Assembly: GCA_020891255.1 (NCBI GenBank) | Contig: BQFW01000005.1 | Span: 1,550,001-1,614,000 of the forward strand | Reading direction: 5' to 3' | Source of the DNA: Entomortierella parvispora E1425 | Taxonomy: Eukaryota; Fungi; Mortierellomycota | Length of the DNA: 64,000 bases | Part shown: positions 26,140-37,739 of the stretch, one piece after another | Position numbering within the stretch: the stretch's first letter is position 1 | How the letters are laid out: the number at the start of each line of letters is the position of its first letter | Position numbers and translations under genes: made by a program | Notes under the pieces: model-generated | Told to the model about the DNA's origin: nothing | What the model saw: the letters and a program-made list of their open reading frames with translations, nothing else | The model's database searches: none

Positions 26140-26655
26140 TGTCAAGTTCTTGGTTAGGAATTTAACATACAGCCTTGTCCACATTCTCTGGTTAAAGAAT
26201 GTTACAAAGCGCCGGCCCTAGTGGAACAGCTTTTTCACTACTTGTGCAACGAGGCAGGAAAATGTTTTATTGTTGAGTTCGTGAGAATTCAACATACAGC
26301 CTCTGCACATGCGCGAGCATGTCAGAAACACCGGCCCTAGTGGGACAGCTTTTCATTTTCCCCCAGATGTCATTGCTGCGACAAAATGCAACCAAAACGA
26401 AACTTATCTCTTCTCTCGATGTTCATTCGGCGCAGTACCTTCCTCGTATTGCTGCCTTAGCCTCCATCCACAACCACAACACAAAGGTGAAGGGTTGCGC
26501 TAGAGACACCACCCAGAGTCGGGAAAGCTTTTCATCGATTTCGCAATTGAAGCAGAAAATGTTTTATTGTTGAGTTCGTGAGAATTCAACATACAGCCCC
26601 CGCACATGCGCGAGCATGTCGGAAACACCGGCCCTAGTGGGACAGCTTTTCATTT
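26140..26655 (+). repeat. Tandem array of ~95-nt double-hairpin units (3 clear copies, 1 possible diverged copy); candidate structured ncRNA or non-autonomous element
   Basis: Copies start at 26140, 26271 and 26568. Copies 2 and 3 differ at only 3 positions over the core, and stems are kept by compensatory changes. All three share the tail CCGGCCCTAGTGGRACAGCTTTT. Confidence 0.85.
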
Positions 26656-26840
26656 CCCCCTAATGTCAATCGCTGCGAAGAGGGTAGAAGGCCAACGGGG
26701 AAGAGGGCATACATTACCTTGGTGAAGAAGATCAGCAAAGGGAAATTTCACACCAACTCACTGTCTTCTTGTGAAGTTGTGACTGCATTTATTTCATATG
26801 TACATGTGGCATAAGTGCCAAGACAGCACCACGCTCATTC

Positions 26841-27631
26841 TTACTCCAAGGCAATGGATCCTTGAGTGCCATAGCGAGCAAAAAGTGCCACGCCAACAGC
26901 CAGCACGGCTGCCAACCCCCAAGAGACGTTGGTGAAGATAAAGGAAGGACCATAGTGATGATAAGCAAACATGGCCGAGTTCTGAGTGGTATGGGCGATC
27001 AAACCCATGGCGACGATTTGAAGACCAGCTATGGAAGAAGAAGGAGGGGCGATCAGTAGGCTGGGCTATGAACGTTGCAAGTCAGTCGATCCAAGAAAGA
27101 ACTTGTGATGAATTTCCTAGTGTCTTTACCGAAAATGCCAACGGGTCCAAGAACGTACTTCCAGCCGTTGGCGAGCCAGCGATCACCAGTATAGAGTACA
27201 GTTCCCAAAAGCGCAAAGACCCAAAGACCAACGATCGATGAGGCTACAGCCACTCCGGCAGCGACACGCCACTCCAGGCAGAGGTTCACCCAACGACCCG
27301 ATTTTTCGCCAAAAGAGCTCTTGTCATGATCACAGTCACCCCAAGACTTTTGAGGGAATCGTCGGCAGTCGCCTGTGAGGGTCGAACACTTTTGAAAGAG
27401 TCCATAGTTGGCCTCCGTGTGGTAGGGCTCAGGGCCCTTGAACTGGACCCTTTCGGATATATAAAAAAAAAAAGAAGGTCAGCTGTAAGTTACAGTGGAG
27501 AGACATGGCAAGGATTAAACTTCACATCAACGCAGCTCCTACCACTTTGGCTCAAAGAGCGAGGCGAGCTGGAAGCCAAAAATGACCAAAAAGATGGCCG
27601 TAATGGCGATGTAGGCGTTACGGGTAGGCAT
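26841..27631 (-). CDS. Claudin/PMP22/Sur7-PalI-like four-pass membrane protein, 3 exons
   Basis: Spliced MPTRNAYIAITAIFLVIFGFQLASLFEPK-W-VQFKGPEPYHTEANY-GLFQKCSTLTGDC fits W-x15-GL[WF]-x2-C-x6-C. Four hydrophobic segments; stop TAA at 26841-26843. Confidence 0.75.
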
Positions 27632-28266
27632 GGTGAGAGAAGGGAGATTGAATGTCAATAGGATGTGGGAATGAAAGAATGAAAGAATGAATGACGAGAG
27701 AAAAAGTGAGCACAGAACAAAAGGGAGAGGTTGAAAAGAAAAGAAAAAAAAGAAGTCTGTTGAGAAGAGGGCCTAAAAAGCACCGTGCATGCATGAGAAC
27801 GGAAGAACCGCGCGGCTGCGAGTGGCGCACGGGATTGCGATCATGATGACGGGGTCCCAGCCTGCCCTGCACCTGGTGACGGATCAGTCGCGTGACAGGC
27901 TGTGTTTCCCCCAGCGCGCTGCGCCTGGAGTGCGCTTGGGCGTGTTTCGACCACCGTACTTTTTTTTCATTCTTTTCTTCTGTGCTTCTTCTGGTGGGCG
28001 TCGTAAGAGAACTCTTACGCGTGGAAGCTTGTCATCGAGGACGCGTCGTCCATAGCCATGCGCTCGGACGTGTTCATAGTCCATGGTCCTTCAGAATCGC
28101 TCAAAAACTAACAGCCGTTGTCTTCTTGGCAGAGAAGGTCAGCTTGGGTGGGCTGTTGCACTGCCTCTTGGCATCGCTTCATTTAAGGAAAAGTCTGCTC
28201 TTGTTTCTTTTGCTCCATTTGAACTTTTCTTTCCCTCTCCGCCATCCTTTATACCCACATTTCGTC

Positions 28267-29404
28267 ATGAAAGGCAATACACCATGGGCCGCTGTCGAAC
28301 AAGAGCCAGCACCCCCATCATACAACACCCTCCCTCAGGTCCAGACACCAGTTCAGTACGAAACACCAGTCCGAGCCAACTCTGTCTCTTCTGTCGGTCA
28401 AACGAGGCCAAGAACATTGGAGTCCAGTGCCAGTTCGGGATCGTTCACTGAAAGCAACTCATATCACCACCAGCAAGCCAGTAGCTTGGGCACCATCACA
28501 GACCAAACCATGGCCCTACCCGCACCAACGACTTCGGCCTCCTTCACCCATAAGAACGTCAGGATCAGTACTGTGGCCCTTGCAGGAAAAGACAAGATCC
28601 GACTCATCGGAACACCTGCATACCTAACACCTGAACTTCGCATCGCCATCCAGTCGAGCTGGGGCACAATCCAGCGTGAATCCAGTTATGGGGGTTCGCA
28701 TGAGTTCAAGCTGCAAGGCAACCCCTGGGGTGCTTCTCCAGGACCAGACCTGGTGCGATCTCAAAGACTAATTCTAGCAATCTTGGAGGCAATGGCCCGA
28801 TTGGGCTGGGATCTGGTCCTCTCCACAGATATTTCCCAGAGACAGCGCGACCAGGATACACTCTATTTTGAGCAAAATGCGACCTTTGCCAGCGACGATG
28901 CCAACAGTGGAGATGGCACGAAAGCCCCTTCAAGAACCGCCAACGTGGAAATGTTTGCGGTCTGCTTCCACAAATCGGACAAGATCAGAGTATTGGCAAT
29001 GGCTATCCCGCAAACTCAGAAGGTGACAGCTCTGGTGAAGCAGGCTGTTGCTTCGCAGTGGAAGTACAAGTATGACGATGCAAAGAGCCGATTTTTAGTG
29101 CGGTGGGCTATTTTTTTTCAGAATTGTGCACTGACCTTGATTTGGACGTTTTCTTTCGCTTTTGGTGTATAGAATCCAGCGGGAGCGCGACTACTGTGGT
29201 GTTTTCGAGCTCAAGCTTCAAGGAAACCCGTTCTGGTCTGGTGGCGAAGAGTTTGTGCAAGGCCGCATGGTCCTGGCGCAGATGCTAGCCAACTTCCGAG
29301 CGGAGGGATACCGTGTGTACGGGTCTGTTTGCATTGGACCCGGAAGCGAAGACGACCAGGTTGACTTCTGGATCTTCCGTCGAGCAGACCTGTTCTGGGG
29401 ATAG
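28267..29404 (+). CDS. Uncharacterised protein with an N-terminal PPxY motif and two tandem alpha/beta repeats
   Basis: APPSY in a disordered N-terminus. Repeat 1: DKIRLIG...W.TIQRE..YGG.HEFKLQGNPW...GW...STD. Repeat 2 (across an intron ending ~29172): DKIRVLA...WKYKIQRERDYCGVFELKLQGNPFW...GYRVYGSV. Confidence 0.8.
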
Positions 29405-29835
29405 TCTAGGGCAGGTGGACACGGCGCCGGGTTCTAATAAAAAAGAAAAGAGCACATGCTGCCCATTTGCAATACATACGTTATACAGCAAGGCTGTGCC
29501 ATCTTAAGGGTGTACCCCGGGGGTGTGCGCCCTCTACTGATGATGCATGCCACGAACACATGCCTTTGTTCATTCATCCCCGCAAGGTCAACACGGATGG
29601 ACACCTAGACCACGCCTGTGCTTTTTCTCTTTCCCCTCCCCTCGACCAAACACACGCATCCACTCACCATCCACCGTCCGCCCATTGGAGCCTATTTTTA
29701 ACCAGAGGTAGTCTAGCGTCATCCCTTGATTGATGCCTGAACAGATCGTTCTTTGTTCCAAGCCCGCCCACTTGAATGCATGTCTAACCATTGGTCTCTC
29801 TCTGAACACGAACAATCTAACTCTAGAACCAAGGC

Positions 29836-32800
29836 ATGTTCTCATCTTTCAAGGACAAGCTCAATACGGGTTTGACCTCGATTCAGGAGAAGGGAGTCGC
29901 CGCCGCCAACGCCGCCGCCACAGCCGCTGCCGCTGCAGCCGAAGCTGCCAACAAAGCCGCCAACTCTGGATCCAATAGCCCTGCACAGCGACCCTCAAGC
30001 GACCATGCCTCAAGCTCGCACTATCCCGACCATCCGCTTCAGGACCCCTTGAATGTCTCATCGCCAGGTGGACCTGGCTCCCCCCAAAGGAGCAGCATTG
30101 GAGGCGGAGGATCCGCCACGTCGCTGTTCAGAAGGTCGCTGCAAACACCGCGAAAGTCGGCTGATCTGATCAGCTTTGGATCGTCCCCTCCGTCTACACC
30201 ACAGCAGTCATCCTCCTCCACAGGAACTGGAAATGCAGGCGTATCAAGAAAGTTGTTGACCATGGTGAGGCAACTGACCTTGGACCCCATGCAGGAGAAA
30301 CCAGATCCACTGCAGCTAGAACAGGTCAGGTCCACAGAGCCAGGCGGTGCAGAGATGACAGATACTCTAGTGGAAAAGCTGGAGAGACTGCAGCGTTATG
30401 AGGCCCGATTCCCAGGTATGATCTGAAGAACTCTTCCAGAACATCATTTTTTCTGGTTCATGAACAATACGCTGACGGCTTTGTGCTCTAGACCTCGCCA
30501 CGGCATTCAAGAGATTGATCAGGGAGAAACTCGCCATCGAGGCTGTCTTGAAAGCGTCGACGCCCATCGAGGACCTATCGGATGTGGAAGCGTTGGAGGC
30601 ACATCTGAAGAACATGTCGTACAAAAGCGAGGTAAAAGCCATAAAAAAAGATGAGCACTTGTGTTGCGCGAGGTCTAGTTGTACTCATTTTTTTTTTTTT
30701 TGCTCTTTCCATTAGGTGTCGATGCAAGAAATTAAACGTTTGAACGACGAACTTCGAGGTAAGGGCTTTTTTTACTTAGAGATGAATGTGCGTTGGGTCA
30801 TACAGATCGATCTGCTATTTACGATGTTTCTTGATTGATATCAAATAGATGCCACTAAGCTGAAGGAAGTGCATGTTCTGGAATCGTCATCGCAGTCTGA
30901 AATGATCGAGAATCTACAAGATCAGCTCGCTACAAAGACAAAGGTAAGGCGCAGTAGCAGGCCGCTGGTGGCAATCAAAATTGTTGAACGTTTTTCTAAT
31001 GTATGATAAATTCATCGCCGGTGTGTAGGAGATCGAGACTCTTCAAAAGGCGGAGCAAAAGCTCGACCAAAAGGATGAGGCTAGCGCAACAATAGCTAGA
31101 CAACAGGAGCGCATAGTGGAACTTGAAGGCCAGATCCAGAACTTGGAAATGCAGCTGTCCTCAACCTCGTCCACATCGTCCACAGTAGACCCCCTTTCAG
31201 CATCAGTTTCAGCCCCTGAGACAACCGCGGGCTCTTCTACGCAAGGCTCAGGATCTAGTTCTCCAACTCTCAAGGAGAAAAAGGTCTCTGCCAAGGAACA
31301 GAAAAAGAAAGATGTGGCGCTGCGGGAACTTATGACTCGATTGGAGGCTGTTATGAAGGAGAAGAAGCAAGCCCAGCAGGAGCAGGAGCAGGCCGAGGTC
31401 AAACTTTTGCAGCTTCAACTTGATCTGGACAAGGAGGTAAAGGTCAAGAAAGAGATGGTGGAGAAGTTGGACGAGCTTCAAAAGAAGGTGGGAGAAATGG
31501 AAGAGAAGGAGCATGTCCAACAGGGAGCCACCAAGAAGAACAACAAGAATAAGAAGTCTGCGGCCGCCACCAGCAAGGGTGCATCCGAAAGCTCTTCCAA
31601 GGACTCCGAGGCTGTTTCCACCTCTGACGACACCGCAACCGAATCGACTGACAATAACAATGCCAAGCTGGAGTTGGCATTGAAGGCCGCTACCTTGGAA
31701 GCCAGCGAAGCTCATGAAAGGCTGTCCAAATCACAGTCAGAGGCAGAGGCAGCCCAGCAGCGTGAGGCAGAGGCGAAGCAGGCTAGGGACGATGCTCTGC
31801 AGAGGGAGGCCGAGGCAATCAATAAGGAGTCGGAAGCCCTCCAGGCCAAATTGGATGCCGAGACATCCCTTAAAACGGCACAGGATTCCTTGTCAGCGCT
31901 TCAGACATCCAGTCAACACTCTGTCAAAGAAATTAAAATTGCAAAGGCGCAAATCAAGGAACTTCAAAAACTGGAGGGAGCACTCTTGGAAACCAAGGAA
32001 CATCTGTCAAAGGCACAAAAAGAGATCGAATCAACCCGCAAGGAGAGAGAGGAGGCCCAACTCCTGTTGAACGAACAGGTCGCAAAGTCCAAAGAAATTG
32101 AAGAGCGTCTGGAGAAGGAGGCAAAGGCTGCAGAGATTCTTCAGGTCAAGAGTCAGAAGCTTCTGGAGGAACGAGAGGAGGAGTTGAAGCGACTTCAGGA
32201 GGAAAAGCAGGTGTTGCAGCAAGAGATTGAATCTCTAAAGAACAGTCAGAACGATGCTAGCGATTCTGCTAAGAAGACGTCGCAAGAGCTCATTCAGTTG
32301 CAGGATGAACTTGCCGAAAAGGAAACCACTCTGTCAACATTGACTCAGGAACTCAAGGACTTGAAAGAGCAATTGAACACCAGCACCGACCTTTCTGAGC
32401 AAGTAGCTGCCCTTACGACACAGGTGACCGAGAAAGAGGCGCAAATTGAGGTTGATCGAGAGAAGATTGTAGCGGCCACAGCCGAGATGGAGCTTCTTCG
32501 TACCGCAACCAAAGAAGCTGAACAAAGAATCCAGGATCTCCAGCTTGCCAAGGACGAGCTTCAGAAGGAGCTGGAGGGCAAAATTTCAGAGGGGGCCACC
32601 CAGCTGGAAGCAAAGACACAGGAAGCAGACGACCTGCAAAGCGTGGTCGACGAGCTCAACCAGGAGAAGGACGAAATATTGTCGAAACTGGCTGTTGTAC
32701 AGGAGAAGGAGCAGATTCGAACGAACAAAATCCAGTCTCTTGAGGATGAATTATTGGCAGTTAGAAAAGAGCTAGAAATCGCATCTGCTTCTGCGGCTGT

Positions 32801-35800
32801 CGCGGCTACAGAGGCATCAAAGGCGTCTGCAAGCGAACCTGCAAATGCTGAAACTCCAAGCGGTGGCGCTGATGGAGCAGCTGACGTGGAGCAACTGAGA
32901 ACCAAGGTCAAAGAGCTCGAAGCTGAGATCGTGAGTCTGAACCATGTTCCATCTAAGAACGCGCAGAAGAAGCTTCGTCAAGAGTTGAACCAGACAAAGG
33001 CCGCAAAGCAAGCTGCGGAGGCCTTGGTAGTGACTTTGAAGGCGGAGCTCGAAAGTGCGCTCGCAACTCCATCCGCTGGTTCGGGTGCAAGTGCCGAGCG
33101 CGAGGAGGCCATCGAATCATCATCCTTCAAGAATGACGAAGCTGTGACAGAGTTGAAGACAAAGATATCAGAGCAAGAACAAGTCATTAAGGACAAGGAT
33201 GTCGCATTAGCCGAATTGAAATCGCAGCTGGACAAGGAAGTTGAGCGTCACCAATCAACCCAGGATCGCATTTTGCAGCTCGAGACCTCGGCCGCAGAGA
33301 AGGCGACGGATGTTGAGAAAGCAAAATCGGAACTTGAGGCCAAGCGCCGCGACAGCGAAGAGGCTGTCCAGAAGCTGGCCGAAGCTCGCGAAAAGGAGGC
33401 GACTTTGACTGCATCGTTGGAGAAAATCCAAAAGCAAGTGGTAGAAACTGCCGCCACGACTGAACATATGCGAGAGGCTCTGTTGAAGCAAGTAGAAAAT
33501 CTGGAAGAAGAGAAGAAGCAATTGGTCGAAAGCAAACAGAGATTCGAAAATGCCGAAAAGGAGGCCCAAAAGTCGACTCGGGAAAATCAAGAGAGCCTTG
33601 AGCAAGATCTGGTTATCTTGCGCAAAGAAAAGTCAGAGTTGGAGGCGCGAGTTGAGGAGCAAACAGAATTGCTTGCCAAGGAGCAATCTCAAGCCCAGAC
33701 TGCGATGGGCGAAACTGCATCTATTCTTGAGGCTGCACGCAAGAGGGAAGATGAGGCCATTGCTCGCGCTGAAGCATTGACGAAGGAGCGTGACGAGGTT
33801 TCCGAAAAGGTCCAGGGACTTGAAAAGCAGATCAAGATTTTGGAGTCATCCAAGAAAGGAGACGCGGAAACATTGGCCAGTCAAATCGAGACACTTCGTC
33901 AGGAGCAGGATGTACTTCAGAAGAAGTTGTCTGCAGCACAGTCTGAAATTAAGACTACTACAGAGTCCAAAGAAAAAGCATTGGCTGAATGGCAAGCACA
34001 GAAGACTACACTCTTGGAGGAAAGGGACCAGGCTCTTGGCAAGCTTACAACTGCAGAAGCCGCACTCAAACAAGCGGAGGAGAGCGAGGCCGATAAGACG
34101 CAGGCTACGGAGAAGCTGGACCTATTGACAAAGGAGTTGGATGACAAGACTGCAAAGCTGGAAGCCTTGGAACAGCAGCTGAAAACTATTCAGTCATCTA
34201 CCGCCGGCGAGACTAAAGCTTTGGAAGACCAGGTTCAAAATCTTACCAGCGAGAGAACTGCATTGGAGACTCAGGTCCAGGATGCCCGAGCACAGTACGA
34301 GGAATCCGCGAAACTTCTCAAAGTACTTGAGGATGATCTCCAACAACAAAAGTCCGCCAGAACCGAGGCTCAGGAGAAGGTTGCAGAATTGCAATCCAAG
34401 GTACAGTCGCTCACTATGAAGGACCGCGATACAAAGGAGGCCCTGGCTCTTGCCAAATCTACGATTCACCAGCGGGATGAGGACCTGGAGCTTTCCCGAA
34501 AGACCAAGGCTGAGGACGAGGACAAACTGCAAAAGTCAATGACCTTACTCAAGACAACTCGCAAGCAGATTCTGAGACTCGAGAAGGAGAAGCAGGAGGT
34601 GAGCGAGGAATTGGAGCAGTGCAAGGTCCAGATGGCCAAGGTCAACCAAGAAGCCAAGACGGCTAGTCAGCGCATGACTGCCCAGCAAGCAACAATGAGC
34701 AGCGATTTGGCCCGCCTTCAAGCAGTCCAAACCAAGATGGTACAGGACAAGGAGAAACTCATTCAGGAGAAGGAGCAGGTCTTTGACCAGTTGCAGATGA
34801 AGCAGGCTGAGTTTGAGTCATCGCAGACGTCGCTGGAGAATGTTGAGCACGAAATGCGCGAATACCGACATCAATTGGAGGAGGCTCGTGATCGAGTCAC
34901 CATGCTGGAGGAGGAGGCGACCCTTGCTAAGCGGTTGGCCGATTCCAAGGTGGCAGAGTCGGAAGGATTGAAGCGCAAGACTACAGAACTGGAGAAGAAG
35001 CTGGATCAAGTTCAGGCCATGATGAAGACAAGGAATGACTCGCACCGGGCTGTCCTCGAAAACCTGCAGCAGGAGATTGAGGAGACAAAGGAGACTCTGG
35101 GTCTGGAAGTTAGCCAGTTGAAGACCACGGTTGAAGAAAAGGAGAGCGCGATCAAGGTGCTGGAGCAGCAAGAAAGGGAGCGTACGTCAAAGCTGGATGA
35201 CCTGCAGACTGCCCACAGCACACACACTGCTGCCTTGCAGTCATTGCAGGAAGATGTTGAAGAGTTGAAGACTCAAAAGCGTAATTTGGAGCTCGAGCTG
35301 GTAAGACTGCATCCGTGGGGAAGTTGCCTTGTTTGGATTTTAATCAGAGTGCGGGTTTTAACATGCGTTATTGTCATATGGTTTTGTGATTCTAGCAACA
35401 CTTCAAGGAACTCGAGTCCATTTTGGCCAATGAGAAGGCTAACCACGAGAGATTTGTGGAGGACTCCAAGATGCGCGAGGGCCATCTCCGCACGTTGAAC
35501 AAGACGTTGAAGGAGGAAGTGCGAAAGCTTCACCAGAAGCATGGCGGTCCAGGATCACCTACACCTCAAACACCGGGCGGACCATTCACTCCAGGAGGCA
35601 ACTACCCCCAGACTCCAGGAGGACCAGGAGCAAATTCTGTACAGCAGACACCTTACCAGCATGCACACAACAACAGTCTCAGTGGTCGTGTCACCTCTCC
35701 AGGGTCGACACCGCCTGGAACGCCTCACTTTGGACGTATTCTGCAGCAACAACAACAGCAACAGTCTTCGCAAGATGACGACGTGAATGTGGAGTATTTG

Positions 35801-36015
35801 AAGAACGTCCTGTTGAATTTCATGGAACACAAGGATCGTCGGGTATGTGCTCTCCACCTTTTTGAGTTAAGAAACGTTTTTCCAAAGGTTTGTGCAACGA
35901 CTAACATTTTTTTTCCTTCCATTTTTTTTTTACCCAGCAACAACTTGTACCTGTAGTCGCTCAGGTCCTCAAGCTTACACCGGATGAAACCAAGCGCCTG
36001 TCGAGAGGAGCCTAG
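29836..36015 (+). CDS. GRIP-domain golgin (Imh1/golgin-97/GCC-like), very long coiled coil
   Basis: One exon of more than 4 kb encodes E/K/Q/L-rich heptads. C-terminal DVNVEYLKNVLLNFMEHKDRR-QQLVPVVAQVLKLTPDETKRL is a GRIP domain with the conserved Tyr. Stop TAG at 36013-36015. Confidence 0.9.
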
Positions 36016-36158
36016 ACGCGACATGGGCGATAATACCTCCAATCCGACCATACAATCATACCGAACTTTAGACAAAGCAAAAAATAAATCAACTATCAAG
36101 TATCAACAGTACAAAATATTTGTAGGGGTCTTGAAGCGAATTTTTATTCATCGTGGTA

Positions 36159-37739
36159 TCATACCGACGGTCCAGTCACTGTCATAATCACATGCGTTCC
36201 TTGCGCAGATCCCGATCCCGAGCTGGAACTGGATGCACCAGACACAATAGATGATAACTCGTATCCAGCCGCCATACTAGCAGGTACAGACTCTTCTGCA
36301 TCACGCGCGGCCCTTGACCCTTCCGATGGGCCATTGGCAGCAATCAACCTAAGTTCTGCTTTCTTGGCTCTCGCAAACTCCCAGAGTGACTGTACTACAA
36401 TCAAGCCTCCGAGAGTCAACATAAAGTAGGAGAGCCACGTGTACTCTGCAATAGACCTCAGAGAGGACAACGACGCTGGTGAAGACGATCCTCCCGCGCC
36501 ACCCGAGGTAGGCGGGGTAACATATCCAGTATCCTGGTCCATCTCATCCTCTGATCCATCTTGAGTCCTGAAACTGCCAGTCATCATTTGAAAGCCCATT
36601 GAGATGAATGTGAGTCCCAGTCCAGTCTTTGATCCATTCTTTGTCGCATGAGACGTGTGCAACAAATAGGTGAGGAAAAACCCAACAAACTGGAAGCTCA
36701 TTGAGACTATTACATAAAGGTAAAGTTTTGGAGAGCAATATAACGGTCAGTACCGGGAGGGAACATATTTGGTCAAGTTGAGAAAGAGTGAAAAATGGTG
36801 GACACTTACTGATGACATTCCACATGAATCCAAACATGCCTCCAACTGGCAACCCTTCGATTAAGAGGTCATCCTCATCATAGCCAGAGGCCATCAGCGT
36901 CGACTCGTAATACGCAGGGGATACATCCAGCGCGGCAGATTTATACGACTAAATGAGACAATACGGGAAATTAAGTACCAGCACATGGTGGAAGATAATA
37001 TTGGCATCAAAATTAGATCTTACCGGTGGGAGTTCCTCCTCCACAGGCCGCTCAACTCGAGGCTTTGCAGACAAATTGGAAAATACACCGTCCATGGTTG
37101 ATTGTATCATCCGCCTCGCTTCTGTGCCAGGTCGTTGACGCCCTGTGATGCGAGCCAAAAACGAAACGTTGGTTGTCCTGGCCCCGGTGTTACGTGGAGC
37201 TGACTGGCTCTGTGTGCGACTGGGAGTGGAAGGATATGGTGACGAGGACGAGGAGGAAGAGGATGCCTCGGGTGCTATCGAGATCTCGTCTTCATCGGGG
37301 TATACAGCACGACGAGGTGCAGAGGCTGTGGAAGGTCCTCCCGTGGAGGAAGACGACTGCAACATGACACTATCTTCCTGAGCGTCCTCAAAGTCGTCGT
37401 CCTCATCCGGCTGGGCATTCAAAGCAGCGTAGCCTCCAGCATGTGAAGATGAGGGACCATGGCGCGAGCTCGACTGAACAGCGGTGGGACCCTGAGACTC
37501 TGCTGCAGGAATCTATTTTGGGAAGTAAAAGAGTCCGCCAGCGGTGAGATGGATGCCAAAGAAGAGCCTCTCTCGATAACACCCTCGATCGGGTATTGGT
37601 ATCGATTGTCCCAGAATGCTGCCATCCTCATGAAGGTCACCCAGTGCGGTGTCTCGGCAACCTTTCCATTGCCTCATGCCTGCAGACCGATGAAAGCGTT
37701 GCTTTGCCTCACCTGAGCATAGGAATGAGCCCGATTCAT
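36159..37739 (-). CDS. BSD2: Bsd2/NDFIP-like Rsp5(Nedd4) adaptor membrane protein (DUF2370-type)
   Basis: Spliced MNRAHSYAQ-IPAAES..., DGVFSNLSAKP, LPP-SY (PPxY), SPAYYEST, LIEGLPVGGMFGFMWN, SMSFQFVGFFLTYLLHTSHATKNGS..GLGLT, with three TM segments. Confidence 0.85.

Noticed and set aside
26140-26655. Reading the array as CRISPR, tRNA, H/ACA or C/D snoRNA, hammerhead or HDV ribozyme
   Set aside because: Eukaryotic context with no cas genes or regular spacers; no cloverleaf or B box, no ANANNA hinge, no RUGAUGA/CUGA, no CUGANGA core, and no P2 partner for TGGGAC.
26255-26660. 29-aa - strand micro-ORFs (MKSCPTRAGVSDMLAHV...) in repeat copies 2 and 3
   Set aside because: Broken in copy 1, and the substitutions preserve base pairing rather than amino acids, so the coding reading is not favoured.
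27892-28266. N-terminal extension of the 426-aa ORF
   Set aside because: Starts at GTG and runs through pyrimidine-rich leader-like DNA; the ATG at 28267 is the more plausible start.
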